A DNA stretch of 62,608 nt, filler included, from 5 parts of 5 records of this genome joined end to end with filler, not necessarily neighbours in it; one strand, 5' to 3'. Counted from the first letter of the whole stretch, positions 1 to 10,306 are shown. Numbers and translations: made by a program. Notes: generated by a model from the letters alone, not told the origin.

Positions 1-25
1 GGTTCAAGTCCCTCCCTTCGCACCA
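1..25 (+). tRNA. 3' fragment of a tRNA (probably tRNA-Leu), truncated by window start
   Basis: T-arm GGTTCAAGTCC followed by acceptor strand CCTTCGC-A-CCA; this acceptor strand resembles tRNA-Leu, but the anticodon is not visible. Confidence 0.8.
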
Positions 26-58
26 TTTATTTTTTAAGAAGTAAATGGTTTTGATTTT

Positions 59-80
59 AAACAGCGAGAGCTGTTTATTT
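59..80 (+). terminator. Intrinsic terminator after tRNA
   Basis: AAACAGC-GAGA-GCTGTTT hairpin followed by T-rich tract. Confidence 0.7.
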
Positions 81-213
81 TATTTTTTGAATAAATTTTA
101 AGTAAGCACAGATTTTTCTGTGTTTTTTTGTTTTTTGATAAAAAATAAACGTATAATATAAAAGCAATACAAATTTACTTCTTTATATTTTTTATAAAGA
201 TTGAGGTGGAAAT

Positions 214-1602
214 ATGGCCAAATTAAATGTGCTGGAAGATGATATCGGTAGTTTGATAAGGAAAATAGGTATACCGGCAAGTACAGGATTTATATTTATC
301 ACACTTTTTAATGTAACTGACACTTTGTTTGCCAGTATGGTTTCTACAAATGCAGTAGCAGGTTTAACTCTTTCCTTTCCTCTGTTTTTTATAATAATTG
401 CAATATCAGGAGGTTTTGGTAGTGGTTTAACTGCTCTTATCTCAAATGCAATAGGTGAGAAAGATATATCAAAGGGGCTTAAAACTGCATACGATGCTCT
501 TAAGATTTTTATACTAATATCGATTGTTATATCAGTTGTAGTAATAGCTTTGTTACCACAAATTTTTAATATACTAAATGCTGAACTTGAAGTAGCTAAA
601 TACGGGATAGCTTATACGAGAATTATATTTTTTGGAGCTGTTTTTTTTATATTAAACTCACTTGGTCGGGCAATACTGGAATCAGAAGGAAATACAAAAG
701 CGTATAGAAATTTTTTAATATTTGGTTTTATACTTAATATTCCTTTGGACTATATATTTATAGCAGTATTGGATCTGGGAACAGCAGGGGTAGCCTATGC
801 AACAGTTATAATACAGGCATTTGGAACGGTATATCTGTCGTATAAAGCTCTCAATTCACAGATAATGAAATGCTGCCTGAAAGATGCAATTAAACTGGAA
901 GAAAAATTTTACAAAAATATATTAGAGCAGGGAGTTCCGGCATCTCTTAATATGATGTCCATAGCTTTGGGAGTGTTTATAATTAATTTCTTCGTAAACA
1001 GATATGGAGGCTCATCAGCAGTTGCAGCATATGGAATAGCTCTTAGAATAGAGCAGATAACACTTCTGCCTACGATAGGTATAAATATTGCAGTACTTGC
1101 AATGACCGGACAGAATTACGGTGCTAAAAATCTTGAAAGAGTATTCGAAATTTATAAAACAGCATTAAAATATGGATTTTATCTAATGATTGTTGCTGTA
1201 ATATTAATTTTTCCATTTGCAGCTATTTGGATGAGAATATTCAATGAAGAAACAGAAGTAGTTCGGATAGGAAGTGAGTATCTTAGAATAGATATTCTTG
1301 CTTTTTACACATATGTATTTATCGGAACGACCATATCAATTTTGCAGGGAATGAAAAAACCTATATTAGGTTTAATTTTAGGTCTTTACAGACAGATAAT
1401 TATGCCACCGATTGTTTTTTATCTTCTTGTAGATCGATTTGGATTTGGTTTGAAAGGAATATGGTACGGGATATTTATTATAAATTGGTCAGCGCTTATA
1501 ATTGCTTTGATTTATACTAAAATAATTTTGAGAGATATAAAAAAAGAAACAAAAAAGAATTTGGAAGCAAAAGAAAGTATAGAAATAGAAATCACGGAAT
1601 AG
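214..1602 (+). CDS. MATE family efflux transporter
   Basis: 462 aa, ~12 hydrophobic segments, MATE-type motifs (DTLFASMVSTNAVAG, NIPLDYIFI, GVAYAT, GQNYGAKN); RBS GAGGTG. Confidence 0.92.
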   Translation: MAKLNVLEDDIGSLIRKIGIPASTGFIFITLFNVTDTLFASMVSTNAVAGLTLSFPLFFIIIAISGGFGSGLTALISNAIGEKDISKGLKTAYDALKIFILISIVISVVVIALLPQIFNILNAELEVAKYGIAYTRIIFFGAVFFILNSLGRAILESEGNTKAYRNFLIFGFILNIPLDYIFIAVLDLGTAGVAYATVIIQAFGTVYLSYKALNSQIMKCCLKDAIKLEEKFYKNILEQGVPASLNMMSIALGVFIINFFVNRYGGSSAVAAYGIALRIEQITLLPTIGINIAVLAMTGQNYGAKNLERVFEIYKTALKYGFYLMIVAVILIFPFAAIWMRIFNEETEVVRIGSEYLRIDILAFYTYVFIGTTISILQGMKKPILGLILGLYRQIIMPPIVFYLLVDRFGFGLKGIWYGIFIINWSALIIALIYTKIILRDIKKETKKNLEAKESIEIEITE

Positions 1603-1621
1603 ATTTATTCCGTGATTTTTT
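1589..1621. terminator. Probable bidirectional terminator between convergent MATE and cyclase genes
   Basis: 13-bp inverted repeat AAATCACGGAATA/TATTCCGTGATTT overlapping the MATE stop, T-tract downstream. Confidence 0.75.
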
Positions 1622-1662
1622 ATAGTTAAGTTATAATGGTGTGCGATTAATTTTGCAGCAAA

Positions 1663-3816
1663 TTATAATTTACTAACGTAAAAAGCTTTGTCCCAGTTTT
1701 CGCCGGGAGGGGATTCGATATAGGTTTCGCACCGTTTTTTATATATTTGAGAGACTCTGTCATTTTCTAATTCAGAAAAGAGCTTGAGCGCTTTTTCGAA
1801 CTCCTTGTCATGATAAAATGTGAGAGCTTTGTTGTATTGATAAATATTAATAACGGTGTTCTGTGTAAAGTTAAAATCTAAAACTTCATAAATTTTAACG
1901 GGAATATTTTTTCCCTGTACTTTTATTCTGTCTAACTCACGCATAATATATAGTGAACTGTTTTGAAGTTTATTAAAAGTAAATTCACTTATAATTATAC
2001 TGGTACCAAAATATTTATTCACTTCTTCCAGTCTCGAAGCTAAATTCACGTTATCACCAATTGCTGTATACTCCATTCTCTTGGAAGAACCGATATTACC
2101 GACTACAACTTCTCCGGTGTTAACTCCTATTCTTATTCGTAAAGGAATCTCAAGTTTTGAACTCCATAATTCATTGATACTTAAAACTTTATTTTTCATC
2201 TCGATAGCAGTTTTTACAGCTTTATCAGCGTGTTTTTCTGACTCCAGAGGTGCACCGAATAATCCCATAATTCCATCACCGATGAACTTATCCAATATTC
2301 CGTTATTTTTATGAAGAATTTGGATCATAATATCAAAATATTTATTCAGGTGTTGAACTACTTCGTTTGGAGGATATCTTTCGGCAAAACTTGTAAAGTT
2401 TTCAATATCGGTAAATATAACACTAATTTCTTTGGACTGTCCACCTAACTCTGACTCTAAGTCTTCACTAACTAAGTCAGCTACAACTTCAGGCGAAACG
2501 TACTTTTCAAATATTCCTGTGATCCGCTTCTTTTCCATCTCCTCTTTTGCCATCTTCATAGATGTACTGATTATAAAATCAAGATATTTTTTAGTAACAA
2601 CAAGTGAATTTGAAAATATAAATATAAATAATCCATAATTTGTAAGCAGAGTAGTATCAATAAGCCCGTTAGTATATAACAGGTCATTTATAATAAAAAT
2701 AGTATAGATCGACATTCCAAACAGAAATATATTTGCCCCGTCTCGTTTTTTCTTAACTGCTTTGAATAAAACAAATAATACATATGGGAAAATAATGATT
2801 GTAAACAGTTGAAAAAATGAAAGTGTATATGTAAATATCCGTGGCGGTGTCAGGATAACAATAACAGATGTAAAAAGAGAAACTCTTATTATTGCCTTTA
2901 GAACTCTCTTAGAGAACTCCTGAGGAAATACTGATGACACCATTAGTGCAAATATTGACAGCCCCTGATAATATGTCAGATAATTAACTGAAAGCAGAAA
3001 ATTAAGCGGCATATTAGGAAAGAGAGCCAAAATATATCTGTAACCTGAGAATAAAATTCTCACTGACATAACCAGACACATAACGCTAAAATAGAATGAA
3101 CTTTTATTGTTTTTATCCTTATCATAAAAAAGATGGATAACCATATAATAAAGAGCAAGTACAAATAAAACACCAAATGAGAATGTATCCTCAAAATTAA
3201 TCTTCTCTTCAAATAGATAGACCTGATCTTCAAGTCCGATTTTAATAGAGTTATTTAAGACACTTAGAAATTGATGATAAGTAGATATCTGCAAAACCAA
3301 TTCAAGTTCATCTTGTGCCTTGAAGTGAATAATTTGAGGCAGATAATGCCCCACTGATGTTTTTAATGATTTCCCGATCTCACCACTGGAAGCGACTTTT
3401 TCTCCATTTAAATATAAAACATACGAGGAGGCAATATCAAAAAGTTTCATTGCCATTTTCTCTTTACTATTTTTATGTTTGATTTTTAATCGATAAGTAG
3501 CATAACCACGTTTTGCTATGATTTTGTCATTGATTCTTATATTCTTAAAAGTATTTTTACCAAAAAAACCTATTTCATCAACATAAATATCGGGGGTATG
3601 ATTAGCTATTTCATCAGGAGCAAGAAATTTACTGTAATAAAATTCCCATTCTCCTTTGATATTAAGCATTCCATTTTCTTCAAAATCCCAATTGGAAATA
3701 TCCAACATGCCTTTCTCCGCTTTCGGAGTTTTTTTCACGGCATAAATCCCAATAGGATAAATTAAAAAAAGGATAAATATATGAACAATAATTTTCTTTA
3801 ATTTCATATAAAGCAC
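1663..3816 (-). CDS. Membrane class III adenylate cyclase with 7TM-DISM-type sensor (extracellular beta-sandwich + 7TM + cyclase + C-terminal TPR-like helices); likely start ATG 3807
   Basis: Cyclase motifs FTDIENFT, DKFIGDGIM, EYTAIGDNVNLASRLE (K/T specificity suggests ATP); N-terminal GEWEFY...GYATYRLKI typical of DISM extracellular domains; 7 TM segments. Confidence 0.88.
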   Translation of the reverse strand: MLYMKLKKIIVHIFILFLIYPIGIYAVKKTPKAEKGMLDISNWDFEENGMLNIKGEWEFYYSKFLAPDEIANHTPDIYVDEIGFFGKNTFKNIRINDKIIAKRGYATYRLKIKHKNSKEKMAMKLFDIASSYVLYLNGEKVASSGEIGKSLKTSVGHYLPQIIHFKAQDELELVLQISTYHQFLSVLNNSIKIGLEDQVYLFEEKINFEDTFSFGVLFVLALYYMVIHLFYDKDKNNKSSFYFSVMCLVMSVRILFSGYRYILALFPNMPLNFLLSVNYLTYYQGLSIFALMVSSVFPQEFSKRVLKAIIRVSLFTSVIVILTPPRIFTYTLSFFQLFTIIIFPYVLFVLFKAVKKKRDGANIFLFGMSIYTIFIINDLLYTNGLIDTTLLTNYGLFIFIFSNSLVVTKKYLDFIISTSMKMAKEEMEKKRITGIFEKYVSPEVVADLVSEDLESELGGQSKEISVIFTDIENFTSFAERYPPNEVVQHLNKYFDIMIQILHKNNGILDKFIGDGIMGLFGAPLESEKHADKAVKTAIEMKNKVLSINELWSSKLEIPLRIRIGVNTGEVVVGNIGSSKRMEYTAIGDNVNLASRLEEVNKYFGTSIIISEFTFNKLQNSSLYIMRELDRIKVQGKNIPVKIYEVLDFNFTQNTVINIYQYNKALTFYHDKEFEKALKLFSELENDRVSQIYKKRCETYIESPPGENWDKAFYVSKL

Positions 3817-3911
3817 CTCAATTAATAATAATATATAAAGCTTTTATACAGACTAAATCTTCTTAACTATTATACTGGATAGCCCTGGTTTTTCCTATAA
3901 AAAAGAGAAAT

Positions 3912-3943
3912 AAAAAACAGAGCTATACTTAGCATAGCTCTGT
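3912..3943 (-). terminator. Intrinsic terminator of sulfotransferase gene
   Basis: ACAGAGCTAT/ATAGCTCTGT inverted repeat with A-tract on the left (U-tract on minus strand). Confidence 0.7.
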
Positions 3944-3950
3944 CATGAAA

Positions 3951-4919
3951 TTATGAATTTATTAAGTTTTGCCACTCATCTTCATCTCCATAACCAAATC
4001 TCTTCATTAAATCACCACAGTGCTCCTGAAGAATTTTAGCTTTTTTAGGAGACCAGTCTTTCCAACTGGTATATTTATCAGCATTTGAATGCTTTTTCTC
4101 TTTTAATAACTCTTTCTTAAAGTGTACTTCTTCTTTTTTTCCATCTTTGTATGTACTAATAAATTCAAGCATATCTTTAAAATATTCCTCTTTTTTATTA
4201 GATGAAAAAAGATCTTCAAATCTATACATTTTGAAATTATCTTTTCCTTCCATACTCTGTAGTACATACTCATTAAGTCTGGCATAGAACCAACAATACA
4301 TCTCAAATTTACTCATGCTACTCCATTTATCTTTGTATGGATCGCCGGCTATATCTTTAGCTTTTGGACTAAGCTTTAAAAAAGGGATATCAATCGGACC
4401 GTAGAGAATATATTCAAAGGTTGTCAATGCTGACTGAATCCATGTCCTTGGATCTCTAATAATAAAAATATACTTACTGTTAACAAAAACCTTCTCCATA
4501 ATATCAAGTAGAGCATAAACATGTCCGCTTGATTCTATATATAAGCCGTGATCTAAACTATCGATTAGATCAGCTCTCATATTGTAGATATACTCAGCAG
4601 CCTCTTCATCTGTGATATAACCGTTATATCTGTGATTACTCAGCTTGAACATACAGTGTTGCTTTGATATTTGCCCCAATGTCATTGCGTATAATCCAAA
4701 TTGTTTAGTCTGTTGAATCCATTTTTTTGGTTTAGTTAACCATAAAGTCCCCGGCTCATGAAATGCAGAACAGTTTTCAACCATTTGTGATAATGAGTTT
4801 GCGAAAAACTGTGTTGCTGTTCGTCCGGTTGATGTAATAAAAACTGAATGATCTTCTATGGTTTTCATGTTAATTAAAGCCCCCAATGCTATTTTTCTGA
4901 AAGACTTAGGATGAATCAT
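3951..4919 (-). CDS. Sulfotransferase-family protein
   Basis: 5'-PSB-like loop TSTGRTATQF, HEP motif, 3'-PB motif IIRDPRTWIQS, RFEDL, C-terminal W...LMKRFGY. Confidence 0.75.
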   Translation of the reverse strand: MIHPKSFRKIALGALINMKTIEDHSVFITSTGRTATQFFANSLSQMVENCSAFHEPGTLWLTKPKKWIQQTKQFGLYAMTLGQISKQHCMFKLSNHRYNGYITDEEAAEYIYNMRADLIDSLDHGLYIESSGHVYALLDIMEKVFVNSKYIFIIRDPRTWIQSALTTFEYILYGPIDIPFLKLSPKAKDIAGDPYKDKWSSMSKFEMYCWFYARLNEYVLQSMEGKDNFKMYRFEDLFSSNKKEEYFKDMLEFISTYKDGKKEEVHFKKELLKEKKHSNADKYTSWKDWSPKKAKILQEHCGDLMKRFGYGDEDEWQNLINS

Positions 4920-5221
4920 AGTATAAAGTGAAGCATACTAAGTTTAAACTAAAATTTATATATATATTACAAAAATATTATGTATTTTTTGTGAAAATAT
5001 ACAGCTTAATATAAATCTATAAAAAATATGTTTTAATTTAAAAATTAAGGTATAATAAGTTATTATAGCATAAAAAAAATCTGAAATTAAATTTTTTTGT
5101 GAAAAAGGTGTTAATAGATCCTTGGAAAACATTGATTAATAAGAAAAAGTGCTATTATTGTAATTAAGATGGATATTATCTAAAAAAATTATTAAAAATT
5201 ATTATTAAAGGAGATGAGGAT

Positions 5222-6154
5222 ATGGCGTTAACAGTATCTCAGGAGTCATTACTTTATTCAGTTTATTTAGCACCGAGAGGGAAAAAGAGATTATTAATTC
5301 TGGGGCATCAAATAGCTCAAAGATATCTTAGTCCAATGGATAGATTAATTGGAATAGTGGGAGATGCAGGAGCCGGGAAATCACTTTTTATAAAAGGAAT
5401 GTTTCCTGGTTTAGAACTTACGAATGATGATGATGGCGTTAATATCAGACCACTGCCTCTGCTGGATGGTCAGGATACAGGTTTTTTTAACAGTCATACA
5501 TTTCATGTAGATATAAGGTTTGAATCGGCATTTACTCAGATGCATGAACTGGCAGCTGCAGTTACACAAGCGGTAAAAAAAGGAAAAAGAGTAATAGTAG
5601 AGCATTTTGATCTGTTATATCCTTTCCTTAATACTAATGCTGAGTTATTAGTTGGAATAGGGGAGGAGATGATAGTAACCAGACCTAATATTTTTGGTCC
5701 TGCTCCGGAAGATATAGCAGAAGTAGTATTCAAAAGTGTAAAATACAGAAAAATGGCACATACAGCCGAAGATATTACTTGTAGAATATTAGATGAAGAT
5801 TATGGAGTACCTGATACGGAAAATCATAATGATGTACTTCACGGTTTTGTACTTGAATTTAAGAAAAAACCACATATAGATATAGAAGAATTAGAGAAAA
5901 AAGTGCTAGATATAATTAATAGAAATTTAGATATAAGTTATTATGATGATAATCATATAAAGATCGGTGATGAACTACACTCATGTACAGGTCCTAGGAT
6001 TCATGTCAAAAATACAGGTAAAATCAAAAATTTCCAACTTGTAAAAGAGTATAAATATGATCCTATATCTGAGTTATATACATTGGTTGGAACAGTTGGT
6101 AAAAAAGAAACCAGAGTAGAGAAACTTAATAAATTACAAGAACATTTAGAATAA
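5222..6154 (+). CDS. P-loop NTPase fused to an AlaX/ThrRS-editing-like (tRNA_SAD) domain
   Basis: Walker A GDAGAGKS; C-terminal HTAED...CTGPRIHVKNTGKIKNF resembling the HxxxH/CxGxH editing fold; RBS GGAG. Confidence 0.75.
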   Translation: MALTVSQESLLYSVYLAPRGKKRLLILGHQIAQRYLSPMDRLIGIVGDAGAGKSLFIKGMFPGLELTNDDDGVNIRPLPLLDGQDTGFFNSHTFHVDIRFESAFTQMHELAAAVTQAVKKGKRVIVEHFDLLYPFLNTNAELLVGIGEEMIVTRPNIFGPAPEDIAEVVFKSVKYRKMAHTAEDITCRILDEDYGVPDTENHNDVLHGFVLEFKKKPHIDIEELEKKVLDIINRNLDISYYDDNHIKIGDELHSCTGPRIHVKNTGKIKNFQLVKEYKYDPISELYTLVGTVGKKETRVEKLNKLQEHLE

Positions 6155-6159
6155 AAATT

Positions 6160-6200
6160 AAAAAAGCTGAAGCGCTTTAAATATCCGCTTCAGCTTTTTT
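6160..6200. terminator. Bidirectional terminator
   Basis: 15-bp perfect inverted repeat AAAAAAGCTGAAGCG/CGCTTCAGCTTTTTT between convergent genes, overlapping the EamA 3' end. Confidence 0.85.
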
Positions 6201-7067
6201 AGTTCTATTAGGAAAAATATCTATTTCATTTAAAAGGGTAAATCCAAGAATAAGAACTCCACCTAAAATCTGTGTAAAATTCATAGATTCATTTAAAAGA
6301 GTAATTGAGATAATAATAGCAACTAAAGGGTCTATGTAACTAAAGATTGCAGCTTCCTGCCCTCGCAGATCTTTTAGCGATGAAAAATACAGACAGTACA
6401 TGATTCCTGTATGAATAACACCTAAGATCAATAGATTCAATATTCCGTTTAGATTTAATATCCCAATGTTGATTCCGCCTGTTAAACTCAAATAAGGAAC
6501 CAGAATAATAATTGCGGCTATAAATTGGACCAGAGTTCTTTCAATTCCTGCAACAGATTTTATGTATTTATTCAGAATAATTACAGTTGCGTAAAGAGTT
6601 GCTGCGGCAAGTCCAAAAGCTATTCCGGTAATGTTGCTTCCATTAGAGGCAGTTCCGCTGACTCCAATTATCATTATCATTCCGATACTTGCCATAACAA
6701 AACATAAGATTTGCTTTGGCGTGAGTTTCTCATTGAATAGTATGGGGCATGATATGGTAACTATAACAGGAGCGAAATAGTAGCTGAGTGTTGCTATGGA
6801 AACAGATGTATATTTGAAAGCTTGGAATAGAAATATCCAGTTAAAAGCCATTGCAACTCCAGACAGAAATAATAGTGGCATGTCTTTTTTTATTCCTTTA
6901 AATTCCAATTTTTCTTTCGTAAATAATTTATAAACAGCTATTGATATTGCTGCAATTACTGCACGAAATAGAGCGATTTCTCCACTGCTTAGTTGTATGT
7001 TTTTTACAAATATGGAGATAGTTCCAAACACACTCATTGCAGTGATGATTTTTAATTTTGCATTCAT
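6177..7067 (-). CDS. EamA/DMT family transporter
   Basis: 296 aa, 10 TM in two repeats, motifs TSVSIATLSYYFAPV, LFNEKL, YIDPLVA. Confidence 0.92.
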   Translation of the reverse strand: MNAKLKIITAMSVFGTISIFVKNIQLSSGEIALFRAVIAAISIAVYKLFTKEKLEFKGIKKDMPLLFLSGVAMAFNWIFLFQAFKYTSVSIATLSYYFAPVIVTISCPILFNEKLTPKQILCFVMASIGMIMIIGVSGTASNGSNITGIAFGLAAATLYATVIILNKYIKSVAGIERTLVQFIAAIIILVPYLSLTGGINIGILNLNGILNLLILGVIHTGIMYCLYFSSLKDLRGQEAAIFSYIDPLVAIIISITLLNESMNFTQILGGVLILGFTLLNEIDIFPNRTKKAEADI

Positions 7068-7281
7068 TTTAAAACCTCACTTATATATAAAATTTAATTT
7101 TTAGATATAATTGTCGTATTTACTTCAGACTATTATAGTGGAGTTTTCGACATATGTCAATAATAAAAAGCAAATTGTTTAAATGACTTAAAAAAATATA
7201 AATGTGTATTTTGATTAAAAAAAATAGTATGATATTAATGACAAAACATTAAATACAGAAAGGGATTAAGAAATTTTAATT

Positions 7282-7872
7282 ATGAATAATAGAAAGAAGG
7301 TACGAGATATGGGATTTTTTGATGAGAAAGAAAACGTACTTAAATATATAGATATGGCAAAAGATTATGATGGTAAGGAGCATTGTGCGATTTTACAAAA
7401 AGTACTGAAAAAAGGAGCTTCACTGCTTGAGCTTGGTATGGGACCGGGAAAGGATTTAATAATATTGAATCAAAACTATGATGTAACAGGCTCTGAGATG
7501 TCACAAATATTTTTGGATATGTTTAATCAAGAACACCCTGAATATAAATTATTACAACTGGATGCTATCTCAATTGAAACAGATGAAAACTTTGATTCAA
7601 TTTATTCTAACAAAGTTCTTCAACACCTGACAATTGATGAACTAAAAAAATCTATAAAACGACAATATGAGATATTAAATAAAAATGGAATTATTTTTCA
7701 TAGTTTTTGGTTTGGTGAAGGTGAAGAATACTATGATGGAATGTTGTTTAGATATTATAGTGAAGAAGAACTTAAGAAGGAATTCAGTAAAAAATTTCGA
7801 ATTATAGAGATGAGGAAATATAAAGAGTTTGAAGATGATGATTCTATATATGTGTTAGCACAAAAGTTATAA
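7282..7872 (+). CDS. Class I SAM-dependent methyltransferase (start may be ATG 7309)
   Basis: Motif I LLELGMGPGKD, FDSIYSNKVLQHL, LNKNGII. Confidence 0.85.
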   Translation: MNNRKKVRDMGFFDEKENVLKYIDMAKDYDGKEHCAILQKVLKKGASLLELGMGPGKDLIILNQNYDVTGSEMSQIFLDMFNQEHPEYKLLQLDAISIETDENFDSIYSNKVLQHLTIDELKKSIKRQYEILNKNGIIFHSFWFGEGEEYYDGMLFRYYSEEELKKEFSKKFRIIEMRKYKEFEDDDSIYVLAQKL

Positions 7873-7897
7873 ATTTTAATCTCTGGGAGGGAATTTC

Positions 7898-8272
7898 ATG
7901 GAATTAGGAGCTTTTTCAATTAGTTTAAGTGTTAAAGATATTCATGTATCAAAAGAGTTTTATGAAAAGATAGGTTTTGAAGTTTTTGCAGGTGAGATAG
8001 ATCAAAATTGGCTTATTATGAAAAACGGGCAAACAATAATAGGTTTATTTCAGGGTATGTTTGATAAAAACATGCTTACTTTTAACCCTGGTTGGGATCA
8101 GGATGCCGGGAATTTAGAAAAATTTAGTGATGTAAGAGAACTACAAAAAGATTATAAGGCAAAAGGGATAGAGATAGTTGGAGAGGAAGCAGATGAATCA
8201 ACTAGCGGACCGGCCAGTTTTACGATAGTTGATCCTGATGGTAATCCAATATTATTTGATCAACACAGATAA
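7898..8272 (+). CDS. VOC/glyoxalase family protein
   Basis: [20 protein letters not shown]-terminus and C-terminal [20 protein letters not shown]. Confidence 0.9.
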   Translation: MELGAFSISLSVKDIHVSKEFYEKIGFEVFAGEIDQNWLIMKNGQTIIGLFQGMFDKNMLTFNPGWDQDAGNLEKFSDVRELQKDYKAKGIEIVGEEADESTSGPASFTIVDPDGNPILFDQHR

Positions 8273-8409
8273 AGAAAAATTTATATACATAAATTAATAT
8301 TTCAAATAACCCCCTTTTCCTGCTGCTAATCTAAATGAAGCCGGCGAACGGGGTTTTGTTGTGTCAGCGATGACATTCATTAATCGTGATTGAGTTTAAT
8401 TCTCCGCCC

Positions 8410-8509
8410 NNNNNNNNNNNNNNNNNNNNNNNNNNNNNNNNNNNNNNNNNNNNTTAATTAATTAANNNNNNNNNNNNNNNNNNNNNNNNNNNNNNNNNNN
8501 NNNNNNNNN
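8410..8509. other. Artificial contig linker
   Basis: N-run + TTAATTAATTAA (stops in all frames) + N-run, 100 bp. Confidence 0.98.
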
Positions 8510-8531
8510 TCTTTTTTTATATTTATCTATT

Positions 8532-9266
8532 TTATTTTTTAACATCTAATTTTTGAACTTTTGAATAAAAGAATCTGACGTAGTCATATTCAAATGCAGA
8601 TCCGGAATGATAGTATTTAAAATTCAAATTACTTCTTGTATCTATTCCGTCTAATGCCATAATTTCAGCATTACTTTGAGAGTAATCAATTAATGTTAAT
8701 GGATCAGTATAAGTTAAAGTGTATGAGTTAATAACTCTTCCGCTTGTATCTCTTAAATTTGATGGCCCTAAAATAGGTAGAACTAAATACGGACCTGCAG
8801 GAACCCCATAAAAACCGAGTGTTTGCCCAAAATCCTCATTAGATCTTTCTATGTCCAACTTACTTGCTATATCAAAAAGACCAAAAACTCCAATAGTACT
8901 ATTGATTCCAAATCTTGCTAAACTTGAAAAACTTTTATCTCCTTTAAATTGAAGAGTAGAGTTAATGAAAACCGGAATTTCATTTAAATTTAGAAAGAAG
9001 TTATGTACGCTTTTTCTAACTGGATTTGGTACATAAGTTGAATAAATATTTGTAATAGGAAGTAGAAAATATTTATCAACTTTTGAGTTGAAATAGTATA
9101 TTCTTCTGTTCATACCTTCGAAAGGATCATATACATCCTGCCCGATAAAATGTTCGTTATTGTAAACTTTTTCAATGTTTTCTTCATTTTTCTTAGTTTG
9201 TGTATTACCACAAGAAAGAAACAAGAGACAAAGAAGAGTAATGAATACAATTTTTGTAAATCTCAT
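8532..9266 (-). CDS. mlaA: MlaA/VacJ outer-membrane lipid asymmetry lipoprotein
   Basis: Lipobox LFLSC; DPFEGMNR, EDFGQTLG, GPYLVLPILGPS motifs. Confidence 0.92.
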   Translation of the reverse strand: MRFTKIVFITLLCLLFLSCGNTQTKKNEENIEKVYNNEHFIGQDVYDPFEGMNRRIYYFNSKVDKYFLLPITNIYSTYVPNPVRKSVHNFFLNLNEIPVFINSTLQFKGDKSFSSLARFGINSTIGVFGLFDIASKLDIERSNEDFGQTLGFYGVPAGPYLVLPILGPSNLRDTSGRVINSYTLTYTDPLTLIDYSQSNAEIMALDGIDTRSNLNFKYYHSGSAFEYDYVRFFYSKVQKLDVKK

Positions 9267-9298
9267 TTTTCCCCCTTAATTTTATATGCTTTTATATT

Positions 9299-10306
9299 TT
9301 AACGATTAGTGAATATTTTTTTTGGAGTTTGATTAACTTCGTTTGCTGTAATTAAATTCTGCTTGATTTCACCAGTTGGTTTTTTCTCAGGTAAATTCCA
9401 TATCATTATAGTAGAATCATTAGATGTAGAGATAATATGATTATTATTTATATTAAAACTACTAATCTTATCTTTATGACCTATTAAGTTAGAGTAAAAA
9501 TAATCTAGTGATTTAGAAAAAACTTTTATATCTCCATTATTAAAACCTAGAAGGGTAAAGTTATTATCTGAATAAATTTTACTAACATAACTATCATAAC
9601 TCATATTTATAAGGCTAATTTTACTTTTTAAATTAACCAGATTTATATTTCTTTTTTCATAAGCGATAATTAAGTGCTCTGAATCAATTAATTGAAGTGC
9701 AGTAACTCTTTCATTATTATAAAACTCAAAACTTTCAAGAATCTTAAAATCTGAGATATTTATTAATGAAATCATTCCCGTTCGTTCAGCTACTGCAAGT
9801 GTATTTTTAATTAGAGAAGCAGCAACAATTTCAGTATCAAAACTAAGTTCACTAGTTCTTTCTTTTTTAAATATATCAAAAATTATAGTTTTTTTATCTT
9901 GGTAGATAATTAATACCTGAAAATTGTTAATAAAATAAAAATCAACAATTTTAGAATTAAAATAATTAAATGCATCAATTAGCTTAAATGTGTTATAATT
10001 AATTAAGAAAACCTGTCCTTGTTTATTAGAAACCAGGACAAAATTGCCATTAGGGGAGATTTCTATTTTGTTTAATTCTCCACTACTAAACTCAAAATTA
10101 AAATTTATTTCATTTTTCTTAAAATTCCACAAAATTATTTGCTCATCTTTACCGATACTAATAAAGAGGTCCTTTTTTGGATGCTTCTCTATTTCATTTA
10201 TGGAGTCAAAATGACCCAAATCAAATTTTTCAGTTTGGTTTTGATTATTTACTTCGTTTGAAAAAGAAAAAGTAAAGATAACAAAAAAAATTAAGATATA
10301 TTTCAT
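9299..10306 (-). CDS. Secreted WD40-repeat beta-propeller protein
   Basis: Signal peptide; GH...D.QIILWN and GHKDKI...SNDSTIMIWN WD40 repeats. Confidence 0.75.
   Translation of the reverse strand: MKYILIFFVIFTFSFSNEVNNQNQTEKFDLGHFDSINEIEKHPKKDLFISIGKDEQIILWNFKKNEINFNFEFSSGELNKIEISPNGNFVLVSNKQGQVFLINYNTFKLIDAFNYFNSKIVDFYFINNFQVLIIYQDKKTIIFDIFKKERTSELSFDTEIVAASLIKNTLAVAERTGMISLINISDFKILESFEFYNNERVTALQLIDSEHLIIAYEKRNINLVNLKSKISLINMSYDSYVSKIYSDNNFTLLGFNNGDIKVFSKSLDYFYSNLIGHKDKISSFNINNNHIISTSNDSTIMIWNLPEKKPTGEIKQNLITANEVNQTPKKIFTNR

Noticed and set aside
4985..5110. TTGTGAAAA motifs resembling Rex or CRP half-sites (also at 11602)
   Set aside because: Only half-sites, with no matching TTCACAA arm; expected by chance in AT-rich DNA
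8300..8409. GC-richer stretch with imperfect AACCCC...GGGGTT hairpin and TGTCA-GCGA-TGACA at the end of contig 1
   Set aside because: Could be a terminator or the edge of a repeat or gene, but it is truncated by the linker and too short to assign
8454..8465. TTAATTAATTAA palindrome repeated four times in the window
   Set aside because: Synthetic all-frame stop linker inside N-runs, not biological
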